Part shown: positions 14,152 through 49,773 of the stretch, one piece after another
How positions within the stretch are numbered: the first letter of the stretch is position 1
Layout of the letters: every line of letters begins with the position of its first letter
Source: Chrysomallon squamiferum
Taxonomy: Eukaryota; Animalia; Mollusca
Assembly: GCA_012295275.1 (NCBI GenBank)
Contig: CM022672.1
Span: 25,420,001 to 25,484,000 of the forward strand
DNA: 64,000 nucleotides
Direction of reading: 5' to 3'
Translations under genes and position numbers: made by a program
Notes under the pieces: model-generated
Seen by the model: only the letters and a program-made list of their open reading frames with translations
What the model was told of the DNA's origin: nothing
Database searches by the model: none

Positions 14152-15107
14152 TTATTAAACACGCCTAACCTATTCCCAAAGGGTTTTTAATCAATTTGTG
14201 GCGTGAGCCGCCGTCCTAACAGACACACTTCGGATTAAACGCCGTTCGTTTCGGGGCTGTTCGTGTGACGATAATACGTGGTGATATCTTGTCTGTTGAA
14301 TAACACGCACGTATACCACACTTGTTGTTCTCTTCTTACACTGACGTCTGCGAACCAGACAGGATTTCTCTTCTTCTTCTTCTTCTTCTTCATCTTTTTT
14401 TTTTTTTTTTTTTGCTTTGAATGTTTTGCGTGTTTGTGTTTAGTTATTTTTTTCTTCTTCTTCTAACACTATACCAAACATGTCAAAATGGACTTAAAAC
14501 TGATCTGCTATGATTGTGCAGTTAACAAAAATGTGTTATGATGATGATGTTGCTGTCGTCGTGTTGACGTAGGGCAAACACAAGTCTATTTTAAAGCATA
14601 ACGAATTAAGACGATGGTTTGGAGAAGGAAAATCGACATATCTGAGGTACTGAAAGAAGAAGAATGTATTAAAAACTCGACTATGCCTGTGGCAAAGTCA
14701 ACAAAAATTAGCAAGGATGATATTGTTGTTGTCACAAAGTCACGGAAAACTACTGTGCCATTATATGGTAAGTTGTACTAATCATAAAATTATTTAAAAT
14801 GTTGCTTGGATGTTTATACATTTTTACAACAGCAGCATTTAAATCCGTGATTCTTCTTAAACCAATGAACGGAATAACGAAACTAGATATCAAAATGACC
14901 AAAAATATTAGAAACTTCACTTGTGGGTAAATGAAATCTTGTGATGTAGACACAGAAATAGTTTAAGAAATTCTATTTTAAAAGTATTATAAGTATTATA
15001 TAACCATTTGATTTAGAAAACTTAAGTTGAAATTTTATTGTCTTATAATCTGGTAACAATGGAGTTGGAATAAAAAAGAAGAAAATTTTGTCTGGTTATT
15101 ATTTATA

Positions 15108-15171
<64 letters not shown>

Positions 15172-17137
15172 TACCTGATTGAGACATCAGTATAAATACT
15201 CTCTAAGAATAGTTTCGACTTCCAAATTATACATAACAATATATAAATAAACAATAAATAAATAAATAAATAAATAAATAATAAAAAAATCAAATTTAAA
15301 TTTAAAAAATTAAATAAGTAATTATAATACACTAATCTCTTACTGTCTACATTTAACCATTTGTGTGCTCTCTTAATTACACTTAAAACGTCTGTATTTT
15401 TACAACAAATATTGTGAAACACAACACAAACTACACAGTCAAAGGGGAAGTTGAGATAACTGGTTCACGGAACAAAAACTGGGTTTTACTGAAACCAGAA
15501 CCTGGAGTGTGACAGTAGCAGAGGTCTGTGATGTACAGATAATTAGTCTTAAAACAAAACATCATACAGTGTGAGTTTACTGTAAAGTTAAAAGGAATGG
15601 ATGTATTAAGTAGTTTCTGTATAAACCTTAATCTTCTCATTACATTGGAACGCACTGTCTAAATAATTATGCAAAAGAGAACAATAAAATTAACTGTAAA
15701 TAAATAAATAAATAAATAAATCATCATCGTCGATGTAATAACAACATTAATAATAATTTTTAAAATCTTGTTCCCCTCCTAAAACAAAAAGAAAAGAAAA
15801 GATCTCTCTATATATCTGTATATTCATATCTAAATCTGTATCTCTGTATGTCTACAAACATACATATGTACATACTTACATACATGCATACATAATATGT
15901 GTATACAATACTTACAGACATTCACAATGCATGCCTACATACATACATACATACATACATACATGTACCAAATACATCAAAACAACTTGCAGTTCTGTAA
16001 ACAGATACAGAAATCTGATATATTGTTTTTATAATTGTCACAGCTTCATGGGTATTTCCTATATTTAGCTTTTTTTCCACAACAACGTTTAATAATTGAA
16101 CTGTCTGGCCTCTTCAGATGTTTGTTATTTCTGTGCAATATCAACTCAAATTGCACCAAATGACTTAGTTCACTGTTTGTAAGGTTACATGTAGTTTTTA
16201 ATTTTGATCTGCAACATTAACAACAATATGAGTAGCTTATACATGTGCTTGTGAGAACAATATTTATAATGAAAATAATTCAATTTTTTAATTATAAAAT
16301 TTTGAAAAGGATTATAAAGGAAAAAAATCATATGGTTAATTTTACCGAAACACACACACACACACAACACACAAACTACACATATGGGCCTACATAAAGA
16401 CACTCATACATAAAAATAAATGCTACATAGATATGTAACATGCACACATACATATTTGATTAGTATTTCTATGCACACATAATAATATACAGACATGAGA
16501 TAACACAGGCACTTACTCAAGTTCAATAGATGTACATAGACATATACACATATGCCCACCCATTTCATAAGTATACAGCATAATATGTTTAACCCAGATC
16601 TTTTCTAAAACATTTTTCTAAATGTCTGAATGAGTGTTGTTAAAACTCTTCACAATTTAAAAAAAAATGATTCATTAAGATGTCTCCTTTTGTTATGGTG
16701 ATATTTTGATATTTATATATCTATCTGAATGACTGAAGTGACTGCATATTTCATTGGATGCATTTTTTAATTTTAATTTTTTTTTTATATGACTTTCATT
16801 TAAAAATGTTTTAATATATATGATTTGTACATCTATTTTTCTGTCTGTCTGTCTGTCTCAGTCTTTGAATTGACTGTATATTTGGAGGGTTGACTTTTAA
16901 AAATATTTTAATGTGTATGGGTCTGTACATCTTTTATCTGTCTAGTTTTGAACTGAGCGGACACTTGGAGAGGTGACATTTTGAAATATTTTCAAAAACA
17001 TTTACATTTACAGATGTTCATTTTAAATTATTAATTTTGCCTTTAAAATTCTTTTCTTTCTTTCTTTCTTTCTTTCTTTATTTATTTTATTTATTTTATT
17101 TTATTTTATAGTATTTTATTTTTTATTTATTTCAGCA

Positions 17138-37543
<20,406 letters not shown>

Positions 37544-37659
37544 ACTGGCTTATAGCACAAGCACAGACATAATGGAGATCATTGTGTGTTTCAGACATAC
37601 TGGATCCAATTTCATAAAACATTGTTAAATCTATAAAGTGTCTAAGCCAAACTCTGATG

Positions 37660-38005
37660 TATTCCAAAACTCATTATGATGTCTTTTAAATTTTAGTGTT
37701 TGGTCTGTACTGTCCATCTTTTGTATATCCCAAAACTGTTATATTGTCTTTTTAATGTTTGGCCTATAACTGTTGAAATTTAGAATGTTCCAGAACTGTT
37801 GTAATGTCAATTTAGTGTTTGCTCTGTGCTGTATAAATCTAGTATAATTATTCCAAAACTGTTTTTAAGATAGAATGTCGTCTAGGAGTTTGGTTTAGAG
37901 TATCTAAATCTATTCCAAAACTATTACAATGTCTTTTTCATGTTTGGTCTAAGGTTTCCAAAATCTAGTGCATTCCAAATTTATTCTAAAATGTAAAATG
38001 TCTTT
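37660..38005 (+). repeat. Degenerate ~62-bp tandem repeat in the presumed 3' UTR of the adaptor
   Basis: ttccaaaact..aatgtctt..tgtttgg units at ~37662, 37728, 37788, 37851, 37913, 37973. Confidence 0.65.
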
Positions 38006-40890
38006 TAATCAATAACCAGTTTATATATAACATATCAGTTCTGGTGGAAACAATTAATTTAGTTGTTTGCTACATCTAGAGATGGTAAGAAGAACTTAAA
38101 ATATCACAGGATTGAATGATATGCAAGTTGTGGACAATGTTCCATGATTATAAAACATGTTTGATAGAATTAAATCAGGAAGATTTTATTAATTCAGGCT
38201 TTTTCTTTTTCAAAAAAAAACAATGGTAAGCAAATAAAAGTGCTTCAACAAAGCTATTTCTGTAATTATATGTTGTCAGAGCAGAGAGAGAGAATGAGTG
38301 CAAACAGTCATTCCTAGCAGAAAAAGAGACAAAAAAAAAAAGAAAAAGAGAAAAGGTAGCCCAGATGTTTTGCAAACAAATCAAGAAATGAATAATAACA
38401 TGAGAATGTGCATTATTTAACAGGTTATACTATCACATTTTTCTTCTTATAATAATCAATTTAGTATGTGATTGAGCAGAGCATTCATTAGTCATAGAAC
38501 AAGAGAATGCCACAAACAGCTTGTATTTTTAATCACAGATAATAATGTGAACCTTTCTTTCAATACAAATTATTATGCAAGTTATTGCATCTTAAAATGT
38601 TTTTTGTATATAGATGTATACATTGATGCTTTTGTTGAGGAACTGTTCTGTAACATTGACTTCTTGGTACTTATTTTTTTCATATTCTGTTTGGATCTAG
38701 TTTTTAATATGATTATTATGCTGTTTTTTTTTTACTATTGCATTTTGTATCTATATGTGTGTGTGTGTATTAATGACTATATAAAATTAACATTTTATAA
38801 TTCTTTCAAAAACTAAACATTATTTATTTTTCCAAAAATTATTAAATAAAATCCAAAAAAAAAAAATCATTCTAACAAAATAAATAAAATATATTTATGT
38901 ATCAGTTTTATGTTGTATAGCCACTTTTGAAACAAATATGATTTTATTTTAATTTTTTAATACTCCAAATGAAAAAAATCTTATGATGTTATTTGAATAG
39001 TAACTTTTAAAACAATCCAGCTTGTTATTTTTCAGATTTTAGAAAATACTACTTCCTTGATCAGAGTTCAAAAATGTTATATTTGCATGCAGCATTTGGC
39101 CAGGTTTCTGATTTTGGTTAATAGAAATATATTAATGCATTTTTTAAATTGATTAGAAAATAGTGAAAATTGAACATAAATAGCTAGAATCTTTTATTTG
39201 TCATGTGTAATTATGTTTGTCAATTTGTGTTATTGTTGCTGAATAGCTGTTCTGTTTATCATATGTTTGCTGTTGCTAAATCCAGGTTGAATTAATTATT
39301 TGACAATAGCTATATAGATTTTTTTTTAAATATAACTTTCATACATTCCTTTTTGTTTTAAAGAGAATAATTTTTATACTTTTTATTTATTTTTATTTTT
39401 TTGTATCTAAATTTTGTTTTTAAAATAAGATGTTTCAAACATTCCTTCTAATTTTTAATAGGTGATACGCTTTAAAAAAAAAAGAAAAAAAAAAAGAAAA
39501 GATTTTTAATTACTTTTATTTCAAATAACATTACAAATGAAATGAAAACATGTGTAATAATAATTATAACAAAAAGTAAAATTAATTGTAAAGACGAGCA
39601 TGGTTCATAGGATGACATCATTGAATTAATCTGGAATTGAACAAAAAAGAATGTAAAAGCAGACTCCACAAAAGGTTTTATTAAATCTTGCTGTCAGACC
39701 CACAAAAGTGCCAACCTTACAACCATATTGCTACTTCTGACAGAAGTGTGTCACTTTCAACATTAGGGTAATTATTCTCCACTATCCAAAGTAGTTTGGA
39801 AGTAAAATATTTTGTACTGTACAGCATAATATTATTGGTAGATATTTAACATTTATATCACGTGTGAAATAAACTTTATGTTTTATACTGCATGACTGTT
39901 TTTATTATTATGTTATTAATATATAAATGGATGTCGAATCAGTTTTCAACTGTTTCTAATATTTTTCTAATACAGATTCAGTATTGCTTAATAAAAAAAA
40001 TGCTTGGTTTCACAAGTTTTTTCAGATTTCAGAATGTTTCTGGTATCGGAATTTAAAGTGAGATACTGAGAAAAGAACTCAAGCCTTAACCCTAAATTCA
40101 TTTATATTTCATATAAAGTTTTTGTACACATAATGTATATTAATTTTGTGCATGATATTACAAAAGCCTATATACAAAAACAAAAACTGTAAGCTACTGT
40201 CATCAAGCAAGGTTTGGGATTCCAGAGCTATTGATATACATTAAATTACATTTTGTGAAGATTGTGTATTTTTCAATGACTACTTTGAAATTATACCGTA
40301 TTGCTTATGATTTTTATATAAATTCTAAAAAATGTATGATTTATCTAATACAAACTGAAATAATATATTATTCACTGCTTTGGTTTTAAAAATCATTTGG
40401 TTATTTAGTTCACTAATTTTGAATTTTTATTATGCACAAATATCACTACCAGTACATAAATGTGATAAAGCCAGAAATGTGTGTGAGCGTTAATATGCAA
40501 AATATATATATGTTAATACATACATACACAAACATCACCTTTTATACACAAACACATATTTCTGTATGAATATTTTCATATATATATTCATACATGCATA
40601 AATACTTTGGTACCTTACTGGTGGATGGACCATTTTAGAAAATACCAAGTGGTTTAACAAAATATAATTTTTTGGTAGGCTTCATGTAATCATGTATGTG
40701 TATAATGTACTTTTTATTGTGATATTATAAATTTGTTGTTTGTTATTTTTGTTGTTTTTTTCAATTCCTTGTGCATAATGTTTTTATATATTGTTTTATT
40801 TTCTAACTATGAGTGTGTGAAATTAATTTAATGTGAAAATTATTGTTTAATATGAAATTATAGGTTTATAGCCTGAAATATTTTGTAATT

Positions 40891-40925
<35 letters not shown>

Positions 40926-41774
40926 TACAATCAAAAGAAGAAAAAAAGTTTTAAATTTTTATAAAAATTAACTATCTCAGTCTTTGTTCTGTATTTTTTT
41001 TAAAATATCAAATTTATTTCCAAAGCTTTATATTTTCATAAAAATTAAGAAAACTTAAAAAATATGATTCAGTTTCACATATATACAAAAATTAAAATAC
41101 TGTATATTTTCATAAAAGATAACCTTCTATAATAGTCATAATAATGGCAGATTTTCATTACTCATCATTCTGTTGGTGTTTTATGTAAACACACTATACC
41201 TTAGAGACACAATCACACACATTACAAAATTCTATAGGATTGACACAACATTGTTCTAGTTTGCTTTTCGGATCATGCTTTTTTATCTTTTTCATCTGTT
41301 TTTATTTAATTTTTTTTTTTTTCAAAGATACACTCTTTCTGTGGGTTTGTTTTATTAAGTAAATATTCAGCAATTTGGGGTAATTTTGGGAAACAAATTA
41401 TTTTCATAAATTGTGATCATGTAAATGCTTATTTTTGACCAATTGGTCAATTTTGAAAATTAAATATATATATATATATGATAAAGCTGATTTGTTGTGT
41501 GTGTGTGTCTATGTTCATTATATTTATATTACTATTTTTTCTTAATACATTACAAATAACTGAATATGTTTTACTTACATTCCTTTTTTTAAATTTTTAA
41601 TACTAAAGAATGTAATATGATTAATGCTGTTGATGTTCATAATAAACATAATTTAATAAACAAAGACAGTTTTATATTTATACTTCACTGCTTATGTGAT
41701 GATACCACTACAGATATGAAAGCAGGAAATAATTATATTATTATTTGTGATAGTTAAGAAGGAAAAATATATAT

Positions 41775-43019
41775 GGGTCATTCCGTGTCAAATCACCCAA
41801 TGGGTTAAACCCGACATCTCAGATTTTTATCAAACTTGGTATACTTGTTGACTGGGATCCCACAGCACCAAATCTGAAATATTAGCCCAATCGGATCAGT
41901 GGTGTGGGAGATAAGGCCCATCGAATTTTGAGATTTTTGGCAAAAATGGGCGTGACCACCAACCTTTCATAAAATTGGTACTGTTGAAAAGGCAATATGA
42001 CAAGGATTCCAAATCTGCCATTTTTGTTCAGTTTGGAAAATATTGGGGTACATTTACCTTTTGACCTTTGCTATGATCTTGAAATTGACTGTGTGGATCA
42101 CGTGACCTTGAGATGACATTTTTTGAAATGTAATCTTCCATGTGTTAACTAAAACATATAAAAGTTTCCTGGGTGTAATATTTTTTGTTTAGCCACAATA
42201 TAGATTTAAAAAATGCACGTACATGAAAATAACACCTTTTCAGCCATTATCATCTGATTAACTAAAACCTGAATGATCGATTCTGGATGCTAGGAATCAC
42301 CATCTCTTTTTATCACCAAGTAAGACATTGAAGGAGGAAATGAATTGAAGGAGGAAATAATCCAATTTTATGAAAGTGATGAGAACTGTAGAATATGTCT
42401 GGGAATGAAGGATACAGTGAGTATTTGAAACAGATGGTGAGAAGGTTAAGCATCAGAAACACCTAGTTCTCTCAAATTTATGTGAACTTTATGCATACAT
42501 ATAGGCCTACAATGTCTTACTCGGTGATCAAGAGAGATGGTGATTCCTAGCATCCAGAATTGATCATTCAGGTTTTAGTTAATCAGATGATAATGGCTGA
42601 AAAGGTGTTATTTTCATGTATGTGCATTTTTTAAATCTATATTGTGGCTAAACAAAAAATATTACACCCAGGAAACTTTTATATATTTTAGTTAACATAT
42701 GGGAGACTAAATTTCAATAAATGTCATCTCAAGATTTGGAATCCTTGTCATATTGCCTTTTCAACAGTACCAATTTTATGAAGATTGGCCCAGTAGTTCC
42801 TGAGATATGAGGGTTCAAAGGTTGGTGGTCACGCCCATTTTTGCCAAAAATCTCAAAATTCGGTGGGCCATATCTCCCACACCACTGGTCTGATTGAGCT
42901 AAAATTTCAGATTTGGTGCTGTGGGATCCCAGTCAACAAGTGTACCAAGTTTTATAAAAATCTGAGACGGTCGGGTTTAAATTTCTTTTTTGGGGGGGTG
43001 ATTTGACATGGAATGACCC
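41775..43019 (+). mobile_element. Non-autonomous DNA transposon with ~0.5-kb terminal inverted repeats, Sola2-like
   Basis: Left arm 41775-42330 is the reverse complement of 42510-43019 (with indels); GGG...CCC termini; ATAT on both sides (4-bp target-site duplication, inside an AT run); the ~180-bp core encodes frameshifted IIQFYESDENCRICLGMKDTVSI / KVKHQKHLVLSNLCELY, resembling Sola-type transposase. The superfamily call is from recalled family features. Confidence 0.82.
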
Positions 43020-43165
43020 ATATATATATTAACAAATATCCTTGCTATTTTTGACCAAAATGTGTTATCATAGTTAAAATACCATACACAACAACATAGA
43101 GGAACACACTCACACTACATACACACACACACACACATACATACATACATACATACATACATACA

Positions 43166-43197
<32 letters not shown>

Positions 43198-44093
43198 CAT
43201 TCATATATACATACATACATATATACATTCATATATACATACATACATATATACATTCATATATACATACATACATGTAAAGGTACTTACATACGTACTG
43301 GCATATACGGGCTACCTACGTACCTATCTACCTACCTGCATGCATCTATAGATGTGAGCATGCATAAACATACAAATGCACATATGAACAAGTAAACACA
43401 AACACACACACAGACACACCTGATGAAACATGAAGTAATCGTAATGTTACGCATCGTCACCAAGTTACTGCTTTTAAGTGCCGGACACTTTATATCTGAG
43501 AAATAATTAGCCGTAAATTTGATCACTTGTCTGCCTGGCCCCTTAAATAAACATATTTTCAAAAAGTACTTCTTTGATCGTGTCCTAATATTTAGAGTTA
43601 TTCTTCTTGTTCTGAAAGCTCTCATTCGATTTGCTACAGCTCGCTGGACAGATTGGCGTCTGTTTTCAGGATAAGAGCGGAACATTAACAAATTCATTTA
43701 TCACCATTTAAGAGACCTGTCGGTTTTGTTTACTTAGAAAGAATGCGCTTAGAATTATTGCTGAGATTCGTAAGTGCGTTTATGTCATAAATTATTTAAC
43801 CTACGTAATAGGGCTGATAAACTGTCATCGTGTTTTTAAAAAAAAGTAAATAAAATAAAGAAAAAGAAAATAAAGAAAAGAACCCAGGAAATGATTGTCT
43901 TGCCAAGTTATGCCTGTGAATCATTTGTTAATTATATTTGTTCACAGACATCAAATTAATCAGAAATTTGATTGACAATTAAGAAATATTGTTAAAAATA
44001 GATAATAATAATAATGAGCATGAGAATAGAGATCAAGAGAAGAAATGGTGCCAATAAAAGAATCAATACAAATTATTACAAAAGAGTAAGTAC

Positions 44094-46845
44094 GATAACA
44101 CAGTATGTTTGCGGTTTGAAATTAAAATAAACATTAATGGTTTGATTTGTATGAGCATTTTTCAACAAAGGGAGGTAACTTCGTCATGATACCATCTAGA
44201 CCGCAGCTTTCTGTCAAACTGTATTATCAATCATTTTACCAGTCAAATGGAAGATTTTCCGGTTAATTTTGCACAGCAAATTATATAACGTAATCCTATA
44301 AGGTGGAAAAGGTTATACTTACAGATTTACATCGTCAGATGCTGTTAAAGAGCTGTATATGGACCTCATGGCGTAGCTGATATTACTATGATGATTATTA
44401 AAAAATTAATTCATTTATTATATTAAAAAGATTTATAGTCTGCAAAAAAAAAAAAAAAAAAAAAAAAAAACAACATCAGCTGAAAACGTCACTGAGACGA
44501 CAGCATCGTATGGGAGTAATTGTGTCATCACGAGCTTTTATTACTGGAGCAGTGGCAAAGGTATCGCTGCAGTAACAGTGTGTTTTCAGATCGAATCTTG
44601 TTACTCTATTTTTTGACTGTTCTATTATTATTATTATTATTGGCATTATTGTGTATTTGTATTTCAATACAGACAAAACAATATCAATAAAAAAAGAAGT
44701 AATTATGTATATAAAAAAATATATATTTCTGTCTTTATTTAATTAACAGAAAACTTTCTTGATGTGTTTTGCAATTAAGATAAATACTGAATAACATGAA
44801 AGAGGCAAATCTTTTGTTTAATTATTGACCATGCTCTTAATTTGGTAAAATTTTGTATACGACAAAATATATAATATTATTTTCAACTGTACATGCATCC
44901 TGATCTCGGCCTCATATTATTAGCTTTTATTAAGTACTGTATTCTTGAATTTTTAACATCTTGTTTTTTGATGATTTTTAGGTCTAAGCCAGTTTATCTT
45001 TCTTGATTTATGAAAATAATATGTTTTGTATAGACTGTAGTTTCTTTGTTTCAGTTTTATCATTTGTTTTATTTTCTTGAGGGGGGGGGCGTTTGGTTAT
45101 TTTACGTGTCTCCCAATTAAGGCCTCACGTATGGCAGCTGATATCTTAAATTTTAAAAACAACAACAAAAGAAAACATCAGCATATTCTTGACTAGGAGT
45201 CAAACCATGAAAGAAAATCAAAAATAAATAAATAAAAATGCAAAAATCAAACAGAATCGGAGTTGGAATGAAAGATATAGTTAGTATTTTGTTAAACGCC
45301 ATGTGTTACTGAAAAGATGTCGCAGGTTTTCCAGTAATAATACTAAATTTAAAAAAAAAATTCAATAACCATTTATCATGTGTTAACTTGCTGACAAGAC
45401 GTCTGCATGTTTTCCAGGCTTACTTTTTGTAATTGTGTTAATTCAGCCTTGATCGTTGACACACGATTCGTGATGGTTATTGTTTCTTATTTATGTTAGA
45501 GAAACAATATTTTATTATTTATGTGTTATTTAGGATCTGGCATATGAATATTTCATTTTGATCCACGCAACTACCGTCACATATAATTATTTTATTATTT
45601 TAATTTAATGATACTGAAACAAACACGGTTAACGTAGAACGATCTCCCAACTTTTCCTTAATATATACTCATTGCTTTTATTTTCAGTAGTTCCTACAGT
45701 AACTATGCTAAATAAAGCTAAACTGTGCTCCAACTGTTTAGCTGTGAGTGATAGGGTGCGTATGAATTAGACACTATGGTGAATAATGCCCACAAATACC
45801 GAGACATAAACAAAGCATCTGCAGTCAGATCTGAGATATGACTATCATCATCATCATCGTTATCAGAACCATCATGAAGAAATCAAATTTGCTTAGGATG
45901 GTACAAATGTACTTCGTCAGCCCAGATAAAAATATGTTCTAAAAGCGTTATGTTTAGTTCAGAAGCTGCGTACTACGGCGACCAGAACTGAGGTGACATT
46001 TTGGCTGAATTTCTAAAAACAAGTGATTTAAAAATTTGTTATTTGTGATCAGATGTTCAGGCTTGGTTATCGTCAACGTCATCATCGTAATCAGAAGTAA
46101 CGACGTATGCTCATACGAGATATTTCAGTATCGAACAATTTATTTTTCTTTGTTACAGCTATCAAGGATAATCGATCCAAGTTATCTTAAATATTTCTGT
46201 CAACAGATATCTGTCAATATATATACATGGCAACAGACTGAGTTGACACCCGGTTGTTTGCCATTTACACGTCAGACTGCGACGGTTAAACATTCGGTTA
46301 CCGGAATCAGAAGAAAGTGGAAGTCAAGAAGGACGCTTTATTATATTTTCATAATTTGTAAGCAAAAATTTGAGGATCCCTAGAATCAGTCTTCTTACTC
46401 AAACCGTTATCTAAGTCTCTTCCTCGCGAATTATCAAAAACTGTTGTGTTTAGTTGTGTGTAAAGTTTAAGTAAAAACTTCTTTAACTTCTAAATTTACT
46501 CCTTCCTATTTCATCAAATAAATAAATAAGTAAATAAATAAGCTTATACATTATACACAAAACAAAGCTCACAGATGTGATTAAACAGATTAGAAGACAA
46601 GAATGGACCTGGTCAGTGAGCTTCAGTATCAAACAAGAAAACAGTGGACATCAAGTACGACCACTTGGAAACTATACGACGGGAAAGCGAGTTCTTGTTT
46701 CTGATTGTATAGGAGTCAAGGAGCTTGTGAAAAGTAAGCTAATTTATAACCGTATTGCTATGTGATTTTAAAAATAATAACATATTTTCGCTAAGTATAT
46801 TTATCTTGTTACACGTCTTCCTCTTAACATACATGTACTGAACAA
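44094..46845 (+). repeat. Segmental duplication, upstream block of LicD unit 1 (paralogous to 60164-63759)
   Basis: Collinear matches, e.g. ggaggtaacttcgtcatg at 44171 and 60329; cagcccagataaaaatatg at ~45919 and ~61479; 46098-46845 vs 62886-63759. Confidence 0.9.
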
Positions 46846-48768
46846 TAGTATCTACATATTTAATAAACAATGCAACATTTAAATCCCATTGTTTCGCTCT
46901 AGTTCTCAGATGATACCGCTGATCAAAAGTATATAAAGTTAAATCACCCACAGGAACACACAGATATTCAAGTTAAGTGAAACTAACATTTCACTACACA
47001 AACTCTTTTTGAATTTGTTTTCTCTGTGTATGTTATATTATACTGAATTAATTTTCATGTATTTTTGAAACGTTAGCAAAAGCATATAAGGCATTCAGTA
47101 TATGTATTACAGCTTCATTTGATCTGATATAATGGGGACTGCTTAGTGTATCCTTGCAAAGCAAAACTTGCCCTTCAAGTTTTCAGTTTACTCCTGAAAA
47201 GAACGAAAGCGCACCCGGTTACACCTGATATGAAACATGTTGTAAAGGTCTGTTTATCACAGTCGCGGCAGAAAAAATGTAGCTGACGACGCGTCATTTG
47301 TTATGTAGTTCAATCCTGATGTTTGTACGCGTACAAAAGAAATCTGATGACACGGTTTTTTTAAAGTAAAGTTGCTGGTTTGCTCGTCCGTGGAAGAAAA
47401 TATGTGAGTAATATTCTGTACTCTGTTCCATATTAAACTTTTCATCATTTTCCAAACTTTCGTCTATTTTTCTATTTTTCTGTTTTATTCTCGTTTTAAA
47501 GTGTTTTGATCGAAATAACTTACCATGTTCTCGACTAATTATCTTCTTCTTTTTTTTTTTTTTTCTTTTCTGATAACGTTATTTTCTTTGGACATTTTGT
47601 TTTTCTATTGGCTTTTTCGTGTATTCATTTTTGGTTGTTCTTGCTGTTCTTATTGCTGTTGTTGCAGTTATTGTTACTGCTACCTGTACAGCTATTTTAC
47701 TGCTAGTGTACTGCTGATTTACTGCTACTATACAGCTATTTTAGTGCTAGTGTACTGCTGATTTACTGCTACTGCTACTGTACTGCTGATGTACTGATAA
47801 TGTACTGCCACTGTGCTTGATTTTGGTGGATTTTTTGTTGTTTTTGTTCTGCTTTGTATTTTTTTATCATTTCAATATTTATATATACATTTTTGTTGTT
47901 GTTGTTGTAGCTTTGTTCTTTTTCTTTTCTTTTTAATTAGACTCTAACAGTGTGTCAATGAACGATACAAGTTATTATTTTATTTTATTTTATTTTCATT
48001 TATTCATTTATTCATTTATTCATTTATTTTATTTTTTATTTTTATTTATTTTTTTATTTTATTTTATTTTATTTTCATTTATTTATTTATTTTATTTTCA
48101 TATATTTATTTATTTATTTTATTTTATTTTATTTTATTTCATTTAATTTTTATGTTTTTTCTTGGATTAGTTTCTATCAAGGTATTATTGCACGTTACAA
48201 TTATTCATATTGATCATTATTTGATTTCAACAAAAATGACACCAGGTTGTAAATGTTTTTCAAGTTAAGAGTAGATACACAATTCATTATTGATATTTCT
48301 TTTTTCAAATGATCATGAGACACATAAAATCAATCGACTGCTTAGAGCCTTTGCTTTAACTCTCTGAACGATTTAGAACTGTTAAACTCAGTTTCAGTAG
48401 ATAGAAATGTTACCAGCTCTTTTTCTTTAAAGCACTCTGCTGCAGTTTGATCTTTTTTTGTCTACTACAGACTACACGCGTACACATACTATGGTCTACA
48501 TACACTACAATCTACATTCGTACACACACTACAGTCTACACCGATACACACACTACAGTTCAGGTTTGAATGTGTTGAAACGTACAACCACTGACTTTCT
48601 TACAAAGATTCATTATGGAGGTACAAGTTGCTAAATGTATTTAATGTGAATCATGCTGAATAGAAACATTTGTTGTCCATTGGTGATATGTTTTTTCAGA
48701 TATTGTTGGGAAAAAAAGGACAGCATATAAATATATATATATATATACAGACAGGCAGACAGACAGAC

Positions 48769-48869
<101 letters not shown>

Positions 48870-49773
48870 AAAAGCAGTCACAATATCGACAGTTTACAGA
48901 ATAAGATCATTTGTTTTTGTTCTTTGATTTCAAAGCATCTATGTTACTGGCACTCTCTCTATATATTTTATTTCATTTTATTTATATATTAATTTAATTA
49001 GTTATTTCATATATTTGTTTGTTTGTTTGTTTATTAATTTATTTATTTTAATTTTGTAATTACTAAGATTTAAAAAGATTTAAAAAAACAGTTATAATAA
49101 AAACAACAATTTTTAAAAAGAATTTTTTTTTTTTTGATTAACAGACCAGCATTAACAAATAAAATCATAATTCGATATTTACTGATGGTTTCACAGCTGG
49201 TATGAATTCAATAAAAATGAGCTGTAATAAAATAGATGCACCATCTGTGTAGAAGTTCAAACTGGCAAAAATCTACCTTTCGTGGACTGTTAACTTAACA
49301 GTATGACGTAAATGGTAATAAAACAGTTAAAAGTTAAAAACTTATTTTCAGAATGACATGATAACTACATTTGTTGCACATTTGTGTTCCGTACTGACCC
49401 AAAGAATTGTATTTCTTGCTTTGTTTTCAGATACCATTCACACGTTTACCAAACAAGAAACAAAAGTCTCGCCTGTCCAACTTTTGGATTAGAAAAGGGA
49501 GTGGCTACCTTTCATCTGACTATTCCAATTGAATTCTTAATTGGTAAAACTTCATAAGACATATATCAGACGAAAGAAACGGTGAACTTAAAAAAAAAGA
49601 ATTAAAAATTAAATCAAACAAACAAACCAATTCAATTTTTGAAAAAAATTAAGAATTTATTGCTGATAAATATGTTGTTTTAATCAATTGGAATGTTCCT
49701 TGTACATCTGTCTCGTAGATGACGTACTTAATAACTGTGATAAACTGAAGAGATTATAATATTTGCTACCGAG

